A DNA stretch of 64,000 nt. Source: Candidatus Nitrospira kreftii. GTDB lineage: Bacteria; Nitrospirota; Nitrospiria; Nitrospirales; Nitrospiraceae. Under the pieces are notes generated by a model. The model worked only from the letters and a program-made list of their open reading frames with translations, was not told the origin of the DNA and did not search any database. Of this stretch, positions 1 to 8,451 are shown piece by piece. Each line of letters opens with the position of its first letter. The stretch's first letter is position 1. Made by a program: the position numbers and the translations under genes. Where the stretch lies: the NCBI GenBank assembly GCA_014058405.1, contig CP047423.1, forward strand, positions 2,565,777 to 2,629,776. Reading direction: 5' to 3'.

Positions 1-1013
1 CAATCCCAATCATCATTCAATCTGACTCGTTCGTGAGAGAGCCGGAATGCGTCAAGCGCTTCGCGCTTCAACCCTCTAATGAAAAACGTATGCTGTGACG
101 TGACAGGTTGTTCGGGAGACAGATGCCATACCCCCTGCGGGAACGCTGTCGTGAGCTGTCTTGCCGCCTGCTCTAGCGCACGCAGGTAGGGAACGAAAAA
201 CAATAGCACCGTCGCCCACGGTAACGGATAATGCGGATGCTTGACCGGAAGTGCGACATCGGCAGTCACTTGGGTAAAGGAGTGAAAGTGATAGAAGATT
301 ACCGGAACATCGTTGACCCAGGGCAGGCCGTTGCCATCCTTTCGAAACCGATATTGATCATGGTTCCACGGACCAAGTCCGCCGCCGCAATGTTCCAAAA
401 CAGCCACATCACTGAACCGATCAGGCCAATCGTTCAAATACATCTGATCGCCCATCTTCCCGTTCTCGGTCCGAGCAAAACACCACTCAAGACACCGTTC
501 TCTCCACCATCTCAATGCCTCGAACGCGGTCGCGGCTCTATTGAACGACAGCAGCCCGACATTGTACTTGCCGTTGCCGGATCCCAACTGTGCCTGTGCC
601 GGAGAAAATCTATGCTCATGGATCAAAATGGAACGAGACCCCAGTTCGTCAAATAGCGGCTGAGGGGAGGAAAAGAAAAAGAGATCAGCGTCAAGATAGG
701 TCAGCCGATTCACCGCAGGATTTCGTTCCAGGATACGAAGAATGACCGTCGGTGTCATAGTCCAGTAATATTCGACCACTGTTCGTGTTGGCTTGACGGC
801 GAATAGTTCTTTGTCTCGAGCCTCGATCTCGTGCGACGGAACTAGCTGCACGTTCGGCAACGCGAGTGCACGCAAGACGATGTGAGTCATTTCGTCCATA
901 CAGACGACAAAGATCTCCCACTCGGATGTTTCCGTCCTTCGCAACGATTCAATCAGTGCCAACCCGCGTGTAAGATATTTGCGGTCGAAGTACGTACAGT
1001 AGTGGCGCATCAT
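1..1013 (-). CDS. glycosyltransferase, GT-A fold (family 8-like); 3' end cut by window edge
   Basis: Absent from the ORF track because it runs off the left edge. My minus-strand translation from the ATG at 1013 gives MMRHYCTYFDRKYLTRGLALIESL...NRLTYLDADLFFFSSPQPLFDEL...GDQMYLNDW. It has a DxD-type 'LDAD' motif. Its start overlaps the upstream stop as ATGA. Confidence 0.55.
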   Translation of the reverse strand, partial: MMRHYCTYFDRKYLTRGLALIESLRRTETSEWEIFVVCMDEMTHIVLRALALPNVQLVPSHEIEARDKELFAVKPTRTVVEYYWTMTPTVILRILERNPAVNRLTYLDADLFFFSSPQPLFDELGSRSILIHEHRFSPAQAQLGSGNGKYNVGLLSFNRAATAFEALRWWRERCLEWCFARTENGKMGDQMYLNDWPDRFSDVAVLEHCGGGLGPWNHDQYRFRKDGNGLPWVNDVPVIFYHFHSFTQVTADVALPVKHPHYPLPWATVLLFFVPYLRALEQAARQLTTAFPQGVWHLSPEQPVTSQHTFFIRGLKREALDAFRLSHERVRLNDDWD

Positions 1014-2209
1014 GACAAGGTCCCCTCCGAACGATGAAACGCTGGCTGCATTACTAGTGAAGTCGCTTCTGACCAAGTCTGCAATTGCTCACAGACCACC
1101 TGTACCTGCTCATCCGTCAAATCCGGATGACAAGGGATCGTGAGGAGCCGTTCATACAGAGCTTCCGTAACGGGCAGGCGGTCTGCCCCAGCAATCCGCC
1201 CCACATAGGCTGGCTGCCGATGCACGGGAATCGGATAGTGCAGCGCGGTGGCAATCCCTGCTTCGGAGAGGTGCCCTGCCAAACTACTACGCATTCTGCT
1301 TTCCAGGACGAACAAATGCATCGCGTGGGTGGTGTCGGGAATGTCGCGCGGCGCAACGGCGCCCGTCCCTGCGAGAGCCGCACGATATCGCGCGGCAATG
1401 GTTCTCCGCTTTTGGTTGCGGCGATCGAGATGACGAAGCTTCACCCGAAGAATGGCTGCCTGTACTTCGTCGAGGCGAGAATTGATTCCAACCTGATCAC
1501 TGACATACCGTTCACGCCAACCATACTGGCGCAACGAGCGGAGCCTCGCATCAATGGCTGCATCGTTGCTGACCACCGCACCGGCATCTCCAATCGCACC
1601 TAAATTTTTTGTCGGATAGAAACTGAATGCCGCGGCATCCCCGAACGTTCCGACTTTCCGACCACCGATGGCTGCCCCGTGCGCTTGCGCACTATCTTCG
1701 ATCACGAAGCATCGATATTGTCGAGCCACGCAAAGAATCTGTTCCATAGCTGCCGGCTGGCCATAGATATGCACCGGGACAATCGCACGAGACCGCGGAG
1801 TCATGGCCTCCCTGAGCAAGTTTGGATCCATACATCTTGATCTTGAATCGATATCGACAAATACAGGAACGGCTCCGATTGCCTCAATTGCGGCGATAGT
1901 GGCGACCGCGGTATGAGAGACTGTCACGACTTCATCACCAGGCAGGACGCCAGTTGCCCTCAGAGCCAGGGCAAGCGCATCCGTTCCACTCGCCACCCCA
2001 ACGCAATAGGATACTCCTAGATACTCCGCCCACTCTTTTTCGAAACATTCTACTTCTTGGCCAAGAATGTAATGGCCTCCGCACAACACGCGCTCGATGG
2101 CCGCAAGAATCACCTCAGAGTCGCTTCGTGCATCTGCGCCGGGATCGGCCACTTGAATAGTGCTAGGCCGCGGCTGCTGAGAACCAATATCGGTGGCCAT
2201 GTTTTCCAT
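1010..2209 (-). CDS. DegT/DnrJ/EryC1/StrS-family PLP-dependent sugar aminotransferase
   Basis: 399-aa ORF. Family-typical segments are 'HYILGQEVECFEKEWAEYLG', 'GVASGTDALALALRA' and 'FSFYPTKNLGAIGDAGAV'. Confidence 0.85.
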   Translation of the reverse strand: MENMATDIGSQQPRPSTIQVADPGADARSDSEVILAAIERVLCGGHYILGQEVECFEKEWAEYLGVSYCVGVASGTDALALALRATGVLPGDEVVTVSHTAVATIAAIEAIGAVPVFVDIDSRSRCMDPNLLREAMTPRSRAIVPVHIYGQPAAMEQILCVARQYRCFVIEDSAQAHGAAIGGRKVGTFGDAAAFSFYPTKNLGAIGDAGAVVSNDAAIDARLRSLRQYGWRERYVSDQVGINSRLDEVQAAILRVKLRHLDRRNQKRRTIAARYRAALAGTGAVAPRDIPDTTHAMHLFVLESRMRSSLAGHLSEAGIATALHYPIPVHRQPAYVGRIAGADRLPVTEALYERLLTIPCHPDLTDEQVQVVCEQLQTWSEATSLVMQPAFHRSEGTLS

Positions 2210-3191
2210 AATAATTCAGAGTTCGTTCCAGACCGTCGGCCAATGAGACAGACGGTTTCCAGCTCAATTGACTGCTGATCTTCCTGAAATCTCCGTAGTA
2301 GTCTCCGATGTCGATGGACTGCCGTTCAGAAGGGAACGGAACCAACTGGTAGCTCCCACGCCCGTGACATCGTATTAACAGCTGAGCAGTTTCTTTAAGG
2401 TTCAGCGGGTGTTCGTCTCCCAAGTTATAGGTTTCACCATCGGCTTCGTCGGACAGGGCTGCCAACAGCAGCGCATCTACAACATCGTCGACATAGTTGA
2501 AATCCCTCACCTGTGCGCCATCCCCAAAGACAGCGATAGGGCGACCGTCTAGAAGATTGCGAATCCAGATACCGAGGAATGTTTGCCGCGCATCGACCAC
2601 ACGCATCCGAGGCCCATAGGTATTCGTCAAGCGAAGGACGACCGCCCGAATTCCGTACACACGATGATAGAGCTGGTGGTACAACTCACCTGCTAATTTG
2701 TTGATGCCATTCACATCAACGGGATCAAGTGGGTGTTGTTCATCAACCGGTAAATAGCGAGGCTTCCCATAGATTTGGCGTGTCCCCGCAAACACAACCT
2801 TGATCTCTCGATTGTGCTGCCGGCAGCATTCGAGGAGGGACAATTGAGCCTTTGCATTGATGTCCAGATCCTGGTGAGGATGATCCATCGAGTCCAGATG
2901 GCTCGTTTGGCCGGCGAGATTGAACAGATAGTCGCGGTGTTGCAGGAGATACTTCATCGCGTGCTCATCACGGACATCGGCAATATTGACACGCACCTGG
3001 TCCCGCACCGGTTCGATATTCCAGAGATGCCCTCCATACTCAGGAATCATGCTGTCGATCAGCGTCACTTCGGCACCCTCATGCACGAGCCTGATGGCAA
3101 GGTTCGATCCGATAAATCCGAGCCCACCGGTTATGAGGACACGCGCGCCGCGAAGACGGTTTCGTATGCTATTGGGGTGCGCGAAAGACAT
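2163..3191 (-). CDS. NAD-dependent epimerase/dehydratase (extended SDR)
   Basis: 342 aa with Rossmann motif 'VLITGGLGFIGSNL' and 'LTNTYGPRMR'. The expected PYGxSK motif reads 'VNGINKLAGE' (see findings). Confidence 0.8.
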   Translation of the reverse strand: MSFAHPNSIRNRLRGARVLITGGLGFIGSNLAIRLVHEGAEVTLIDSMIPEYGGHLWNIEPVRDQVRVNIADVRDEHAMKYLLQHRDYLFNLAGQTSHLDSMDHPHQDLDINAKAQLSLLECCRQHNREIKVVFAGTRQIYGKPRYLPVDEQHPLDPVDVNGINKLAGELYHQLYHRVYGIRAVVLRLTNTYGPRMRVVDARQTFLGIWIRNLLDGRPIAVFGDGAQVRDFNYVDDVVDALLLAALSDEADGETYNLGDEHPLNLKETAQLLIRCHGRGSYQLVPFPSERQSIDIGDYYGDFRKISSQLSWKPSVSLADGLERTLNYYGKHGHRYWFSAAAA

Positions 3192-6033
3192 AGGTGCCTT
3201 CTAGCTCGTCTCGACCAGGTTCAGAACTAATGCTGTGCATGGCGATGAACTCCATGCCGACACTCCGGCAAAGCTCAAGGAACTCTGCTTCATTGAAACG
3301 AATCTCAAATGTTTCGACATCATACGCAAATTTTGTGAAGTGCTTGGTATCTCCATGTCGAGCAATCGGGGTGCGGTGGAAGACCACAACTTCTGATGCC
3401 ACCCTCGCCGCCTCGGCAATGTGCAAGGCGTACTCACGCACATGCAGCAACACGCAGGAGGAAATAACAATGGGAATGGAGCGCTCTTGAAAGCGCAAAG
3501 CACTGCCATCTCCGATCTCGAATTGGACCCCTGGGTAGTACGCACGGGCTAACCGGATCATCGCATCGGAAAAATCGATACCCAGATAGGCAAGACGGGT
3601 ATTGAGAAGATATTCCAGAACCTCATAGTAGTAGCCGCTTGCACAGCCAATCTCCAGCAACTCAACATTCGGTTTGACATATGGGCGAAGCGACTCAGCG
3701 AGAGTCTTAAACACATCCGGAGGATTTCCCCGATACATGTCGAGCAATTCGCGCTGAACCAACGCTCGTTGCTTGAGCGGAATCCGATCCGACTGCCAGG
3801 ATTGCTCGAGCTCGACTGTGATCTGGCCAGGTTCAATTTCATGGCGGCCATACGAGATCCGACCTAGGTCAGGATCCGGTAGGCGATTGGCTCCTATTTT
3901 CATATCTAGGTGGCGGTTCAGAAGTTCCGCCGTATGACGCATCCGCGCTTCGTACGTATGGTCCCGGAGCGTTCTGGCCTGTCCTCGCTTGGCAATTTCT
4001 GCCGCCTCGTCGTGGTGGTTCAAGTAATACGCAATGAGATCCACGCATTCTGTAATGGACCGATAGGCAACGACTTCGGCGCCGATTTCGAAAAGGTCGT
4101 TGAGGTTCTCTTTATAGTCCGTAACAAGCAGCGTCCCGCATCCGGTAGCTTCGAACAGTCGCATGTTGTTCGCATTCGACTGGGCCACATCGATATGATG
4201 GTTGACGGTGATGGTGGACTTAGCAAGCACTCTAAACATGTCCACTCCCCAAACATCACCATGAAGCCGTCTCGCCTCGACTCCCTGTTGGATCAAGGCC
4301 TGCGTCCCATACCCCCAGAAGTGAATCGGTAACGATTGGGCTAAGGCAGTCAGAAGTTCATATCGTCCTTTATGGGCGGGAGAAACCCCACCGACAAACG
4401 TCAGTGCATGATCCCGCCGATGATTGCCCAAACGCTTGAGCACCCTTGGATCAAATGCCAATGGCTGGTAGTACGCCACGCGCCCCTGTCGCCGAAACGT
4501 CTCAACAAAATGCGGAAAGGAGGAGATGAGAAGGTCGAATCCATCGAGATGTGCATGAGGGGGAATGGGCGAAGCGATCTGACCGATGATGAGATCGACA
4601 TGTGCACGAACCGCAGCCAAAAACTCTTTGGTGCCAACATTCAGGTCCTGCAAATACAGAACTTGCGGCCGTACTTGTGCAATCTGATCAAGGACCGTGC
4701 GCAGTGGCTCGGGCGCAGGGTCACAACCACGCTCGAATGCCCATTGACGTTGAAGCGAAGGGCAATTCGCGATCACGTCTTGGACCGCCCATCCCGCTGC
4801 TCGTAGACCGAAAGAATAGAAGTCACTATCACCGAAACAGGAAGCCTGGAGCGCGCTATGCTGTGCATCGTAAGGCGCTGAGAGCAACTCCGGATGCCTC
4901 TGGTAATGGTGCTCAAGGAATCCCGGATAGTAGGTGTTCACAAACAAGCAAGTTGGCTGATCTCCTGTCGACAGTGATGATGAGGACGCTCTTGCCACTG
5001 TATGGCCGGCTATAGCTATAGGATGTGTTTTGAGCGCTAGGCGCGACGCGGTCACTCTTTGGCCGTTCCGCGCCACGTTGTCTGACGCCATCGGTGGCGC
5101 ACACGACGATCTGGGTTGGATCGCACATTCCACCCGTTCCAACCACTGTCGCGTCGACGCCGGAAGAGCTGGACGCACTTTCCCACTAAGCAATCCCTTC
5201 CCTTCCCAACGGATTCCTTCCCATTGGACATACCCCAACCGGTCCCATTGATCGGCCGTATCAAGTTCACTGTCGCGAAGTCCGTCATCGACAATAACTA
5301 CGGCATTGGGGTCCACAACTTCGCTGACGAGTGGAACTGTTCCGAAACGGATGCCGGTTTCTCCCGCCGGTCCGTCGATAAGGATCAGATCTGGACGCAC
5401 ACCGCCAAGAAACCGTTCGAGGACTTCCCCCGGTAGGTTGTAACACCGGGCAACTCGTGACCCGATGGTCTGGAGAGCAAGTTCTGCGTGGAGAAAGCGG
5501 ACCGCCCCGACAAGCTGATGCCGTTGAAGCACCGCCCTGGTTTGTTCGATATGATCCGCGGATTGATCGATACTGAATACACGCGGCATTGAAGATTCGC
5601 CGTGCAGGCGCGTCATGACCCATGCTAGGGCAAGCGAACTCGTTCCACTCCCGAATTCCAGTATGGCGGAAGGGCGATATACCTCAATCTTCTCTATAAG
5701 GTACTCCACGGTTTCCGCAGAGAGAGCCCATCCACCCAAAGTTTCAGAAGCCATGAGTCGTTCAAGCTCAGCGTGTCTAAATTTCCACGGCCGGGAGGGG
5801 ATGCCTTGAAACAGCGTGGCAAGCGGATCCTCTTTCCCCAACTCGATTGCTAACTGATCCCGCATAGAGAGACAAACCTCGATCGGCATCCAAGCATCGC
5901 GAAAGAGTCTCGAAGCCTCCATGACCAATGCCAAAGCAGTTTTCTCCGAACAAGCAGGAATGTCTGTATGGACAGCCACTCCCCCCTGATCCACAAGTGA
6001 CGGAACCGCGTGTGGTTTCTGCAGACTATGCAT
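3169..6033 (-). CDS. three-module fusion: SAM methyltransferase - CgeB-like glycosyltransferase - SAM methyltransferase
   Basis: 954 aa. The N-terminal MTase has motif I 'ILEFGSGTSSLALAW' and 'LILIDGP'. The central region 'LTFVGGVSPAHKGRYELL...MRLFEATGCGTLLVTDY...VVAYRS' resembles CgeB/GT1-type domains. The C-terminal MTase has 'LLEIGCASGYYYEVL...LGIDFSDAMIRLAR...VISSCVLLHV'. Confidence 0.7.
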   Translation of the reverse strand: MHSLQKPHAVPSLVDQGGVAVHTDIPACSEKTALALVMEASRLFRDAWMPIEVCLSMRDQLAIELGKEDPLATLFQGIPSRPWKFRHAELERLMASETLGGWALSAETVEYLIEKIEVYRPSAILEFGSGTSSLALAWVMTRLHGESSMPRVFSIDQSADHIEQTRAVLQRHQLVGAVRFLHAELALQTIGSRVARCYNLPGEVLERFLGGVRPDLILIDGPAGETGIRFGTVPLVSEVVDPNAVVIVDDGLRDSELDTADQWDRLGYVQWEGIRWEGKGLLSGKVRPALPASTRQWLERVECAIQPRSSCAPPMASDNVARNGQRVTASRLALKTHPIAIAGHTVARASSSSLSTGDQPTCLFVNTYYPGFLEHHYQRHPELLSAPYDAQHSALQASCFGDSDFYSFGLRAAGWAVQDVIANCPSLQRQWAFERGCDPAPEPLRTVLDQIAQVRPQVLYLQDLNVGTKEFLAAVRAHVDLIIGQIASPIPPHAHLDGFDLLISSFPHFVETFRRQGRVAYYQPLAFDPRVLKRLGNHRRDHALTFVGGVSPAHKGRYELLTALAQSLPIHFWGYGTQALIQQGVEARRLHGDVWGVDMFRVLAKSTITVNHHIDVAQSNANNMRLFEATGCGTLLVTDYKENLNDLFEIGAEVVAYRSITECVDLIAYYLNHHDEAAEIAKRGQARTLRDHTYEARMRHTAELLNRHLDMKIGANRLPDPDLGRISYGRHEIEPGQITVELEQSWQSDRIPLKQRALVQRELLDMYRGNPPDVFKTLAESLRPYVKPNVELLEIGCASGYYYEVLEYLLNTRLAYLGIDFSDAMIRLARAYYPGVQFEIGDGSALRFQERSIPIVISSCVLLHVREYALHIAEAARVASEVVVFHRTPIARHGDTKHFTKFAYDVETFEIRFNEAEFLELCRSVGMEFIAMHSISSEPGRDELEGTYVFRAPQ

Positions 6034-6230
6034 TTCAGGCTCGCAAGATTGTCAGGCAGACGACACTGTGCAGAGCATGTACTCCAAGTCCCGTGCCAGC
6101 TGCGATTAGGTTTGGACAGAAGAAATCAGCTTGTTCAAATGAGGGAAAGTTCATCACTTCCCTTCTACCGCGGCAAGATTTGCCCGACGATGGGAAAGAA
6201 TTAGCCTCTACGGGGCGAAGGCGAACCCGT

Positions 6231-6962
6231 CTACGAGGTGAGGAATGAGGCGCTGACTTTTTGGAAGACACACTGTTCGATGGCGTTTCGGACCGATCCG
6301 CCCCACCCCCGATATTCGATGTACTCCAGTTCATTGAAGCGAAACTCAATACCGATCATGTCACTCCCATGCCGCGCGTCTGCATTCTTCACAACGCCGG
6401 TCAAGTTGGTGATGTGTCCCAATCCAGGCAGCTCGAACTCCAAACGGACGGTGCTGCCGGGACGCAGCCAGGCCGGCCGCTGGACCAACGCCACGCTGCA
6501 CCCCCCCTCACTGAGATCTTTCAGCAAGCCACCAAAGTAATCGCTCGTGGGCAGAGTCGATTGGGATGAATGATCTGGGTCAGTTCGCATCAACAGAATC
6601 GGCTCGTTCGATGACACACGCACATGCTTTCGCAAATGCATCTCTTCGACCGTTTTGGGGTAGGCAATAAAAAGAAGCGGCACCGGTGAGCTGATCAGAT
6701 CGCGTATCTCGCTCCGATAGCCGACAAGCTTTCCCTCATGAAGGTAGCTGACGGTGCACGGCGTGCCGCCGGTAACTTGTTGATCATGGCTGAGCTGTAA
6801 CGGCCATTCACAGATCAGCCAGGCGTGATCTTTCCATCCGAGGAGCGTCGAACCATACATGCTCTTCTGCTGGTCAAGAGACAAAGATATTTTCAATGGC
6901 AGTCCGACCGACAAAAATGACGCTGCCGGGGGGACGGACACGACCATGTCATTCATACCCAT
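6231..6962 (-). CDS. ycgR: c-di-GMP-binding flagellar brake protein, YcgR-like (PilZN + PilZ)
   Basis: The ORF-track start at 6989 is a TTG. The ATG at 6962 has AGGAG 4 nt upstream. PilZ motifs are 'RKHVR' (RxxxR) and 'DLSEGGCSV' (DxSxxG), preceded by an N-terminal YcgR_N-like region. Confidence 0.65.
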   Translation of the reverse strand: MGMNDMVVSVPPAASFLSVGLPLKISLSLDQQKSMYGSTLLGWKDHAWLICEWPLQLSHDQQVTGGTPCTVSYLHEGKLVGYRSEIRDLISSPVPLLFIAYPKTVEEMHLRKHVRVSSNEPILLMRTDPDHSSQSTLPTSDYFGGLLKDLSEGGCSVALVQRPAWLRPGSTVRLEFELPGLGHITNLTGVVKNADARHGSDMIGIEFRFNELEYIEYRGWGGSVRNAIEQCVFQKVSASFLTS

Positions 6963-7005
6963 CGCTCCTGATTCACCAATCGATCTCAACTGCTGCTGGT
7001 GAACC

Positions 7006-7033
7006 CTATCGGAAACTCATGGGCTAATCTTGA
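7006..7033 (-). promoter_or_regulatory. sigma-28 (FliA)-type promoter upstream of the PilZ gene
   Basis: The minus strand reads TCAAGATT-N12-TCCGATAG, against the consensus TCAAG/TAAAGTTT-N11-12-GCCGATAA. It lies about 45 nt upstream of the ATG at 6962. Confidence 0.45.
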
Positions 7034-7103
7034 GGGTGAGCGAACAGGACCGAGCACATCGGCATCGAACCGATCTCAACGCGATGGGATCCGCGGGTAA
7101 TCA

Positions 7104-7131
7104 TTAAGTTCAACGCCTCCTTCACCGATAA
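7104..7131 (+). promoter_or_regulatory. sigma-28 (FliA)-type promoter upstream of the HD-GYP/hybrid-kinase operon
   Basis: The plus strand reads TTAAGTTC-N12-ACCGATAA, about 70 nt upstream of the ATG at 7201. The architecture matches the flgM promoter in this window. Confidence 0.5.
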
Positions 7132-7200
7132 CATCCTCAGCTACTATTCTTCTGTCGGCGAATCCGACCGGCGCTCCTTCTGACTTGGAGTCTATGACCT

Positions 7201-8451
7201 ATGGCGACAAAGCGCATTGCAATCGAGCAGCTCATTCCCGGCATGTTCGTCGTCGAGATGGATGTTCCCTGGTACCGGACACCGTTTCTTTTTCATAAGC
7301 GACAGATCAACGATCTGCACACTATCGAGCTCATGAAGCAACATGGGATCCGGATGGTGACAATTGATACCAGCAAAGGAGCCGATCTCCCCTCAACGAC
7401 GACTCAACCGTCCGCAAACGTCGAGTCAGTCACTTCGAATGTTTCCCTTCCAGAGGAGCCCAACACTCAGCAGATAATCGAACACGCCCATGGTGATCAG
7501 CCCGCGCTGATCATATATGCGCAGGCACAAGAAGCAGTTGAGCGCATTTTTGATGACCTCGAGCGTGGAGTCCCGCCGACTCCCGAGGCGACAAAAGCCA
7601 TCGTCTCGAATGTCCTGAACCAAGTCCTCAATGACCGGGCTGCCATCGCAATTCAAGTTGCCGTTCAGAAAATCAAACAGTTCGATCGGTCTCTGACAAC
7701 CCACGCATTGGATGCCTGCATCTTGTCCCTTATCGTAGCCATTGAAAGCGAGCTCGATCGACCGCTGCAAGAATTGGTGGGAATGGGAGCCCTGCTCCAT
7801 GACGCAGGCTATGTCCGCCTCCCACGCAATCTGGTTCGGAAGCGAGACCAATGCACCGGGCAAGACAAGACACTACTGGAACAGCATTGTAAGCTCGGCG
7901 TGACACTCCTTTCGGAACGTCCCGGTATGCACGAGGATGTCCTTCGAATCGTGCGGGAGCATCATGAACGGGCAGACAAGAGCGGCTTTCCAGCCGGGCT
8001 TGATCATGACCAGATCTCACGCCTTGCTCAAATCGTCGGGATCGTCGATTTCTATGACGGCATGGTCAGTCGACGCGGGGCCCGGCCAGCAATGATTCCC
8101 CATGATGCCGTCCGGCAACTCTTCCTCGCTGGAGAACGGGGGCAATTTGAAAAGACCTTAGTGGAGGTGATGATTCGAAGCATCGGCGTCTACCCAGTTG
8201 GAAGTCTGGTCAGGCTCAACACAGGCGAACAGGCAGTAGTCGTCGGAGCCAACCCGCAGCAACGGCTTAAACCACTCGTCAAAGTCACGACCGATCCCCA
8301 AGGCGGCTCCTATGCGACACCGATCGAAATCGACCTAGCTGCGCCGTCCTCCGACCACACTGTACGGAGCGTGCTGCGTGTGCTCGACCCGGTTCGTGAG
8401 CGCGTCAATATCGGCATACATCTGGACACAACTCTGCCACGAGCCGCCTAA
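7201..8451 (+). CDS. HD-GYP domain c-di-GMP phosphodiesterase (DUF3391-type N-terminus)
   Basis: 416 aa. N-terminus 'IAIEQLIPGMFVVEMDVPWYRTPF'; HD motif 'GALLHDAGY'; 'HHERADKSGFPAGL', where the GYP motif reads GFP. Confidence 0.8.
   Translation: MATKRIAIEQLIPGMFVVEMDVPWYRTPFLFHKRQINDLHTIELMKQHGIRMVTIDTSKGADLPSTTTQPSANVESVTSNVSLPEEPNTQQIIEHAHGDQPALIIYAQAQEAVERIFDDLERGVPPTPEATKAIVSNVLNQVLNDRAAIAIQVAVQKIKQFDRSLTTHALDACILSLIVAIESELDRPLQELVGMGALLHDAGYVRLPRNLVRKRDQCTGQDKTLLEQHCKLGVTLLSERPGMHEDVLRIVREHHERADKSGFPAGLDHDQISRLAQIVGIVDFYDGMVSRRGARPAMIPHDAVRQLFLAGERGQFEKTLVEVMIRSIGVYPVGSLVRLNTGEQAVVVGANPQQRLKPLVKVTTDPQGGSYATPIEIDLAAPSSDHTVRSVLRVLDPVRERVNIGIHLDTTLPRAA

Noticed and set aside
231-656. 141-aa plus-strand ORF, and the 76-aa minus-strand ORF at 691..921, in the first kilobase
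   Set aside because: Both lie inside or antisense to the much longer minus-strand glycosyltransferase frame, which I translated from 1013 to the window edge. Their composition looks like shadow ORFs.
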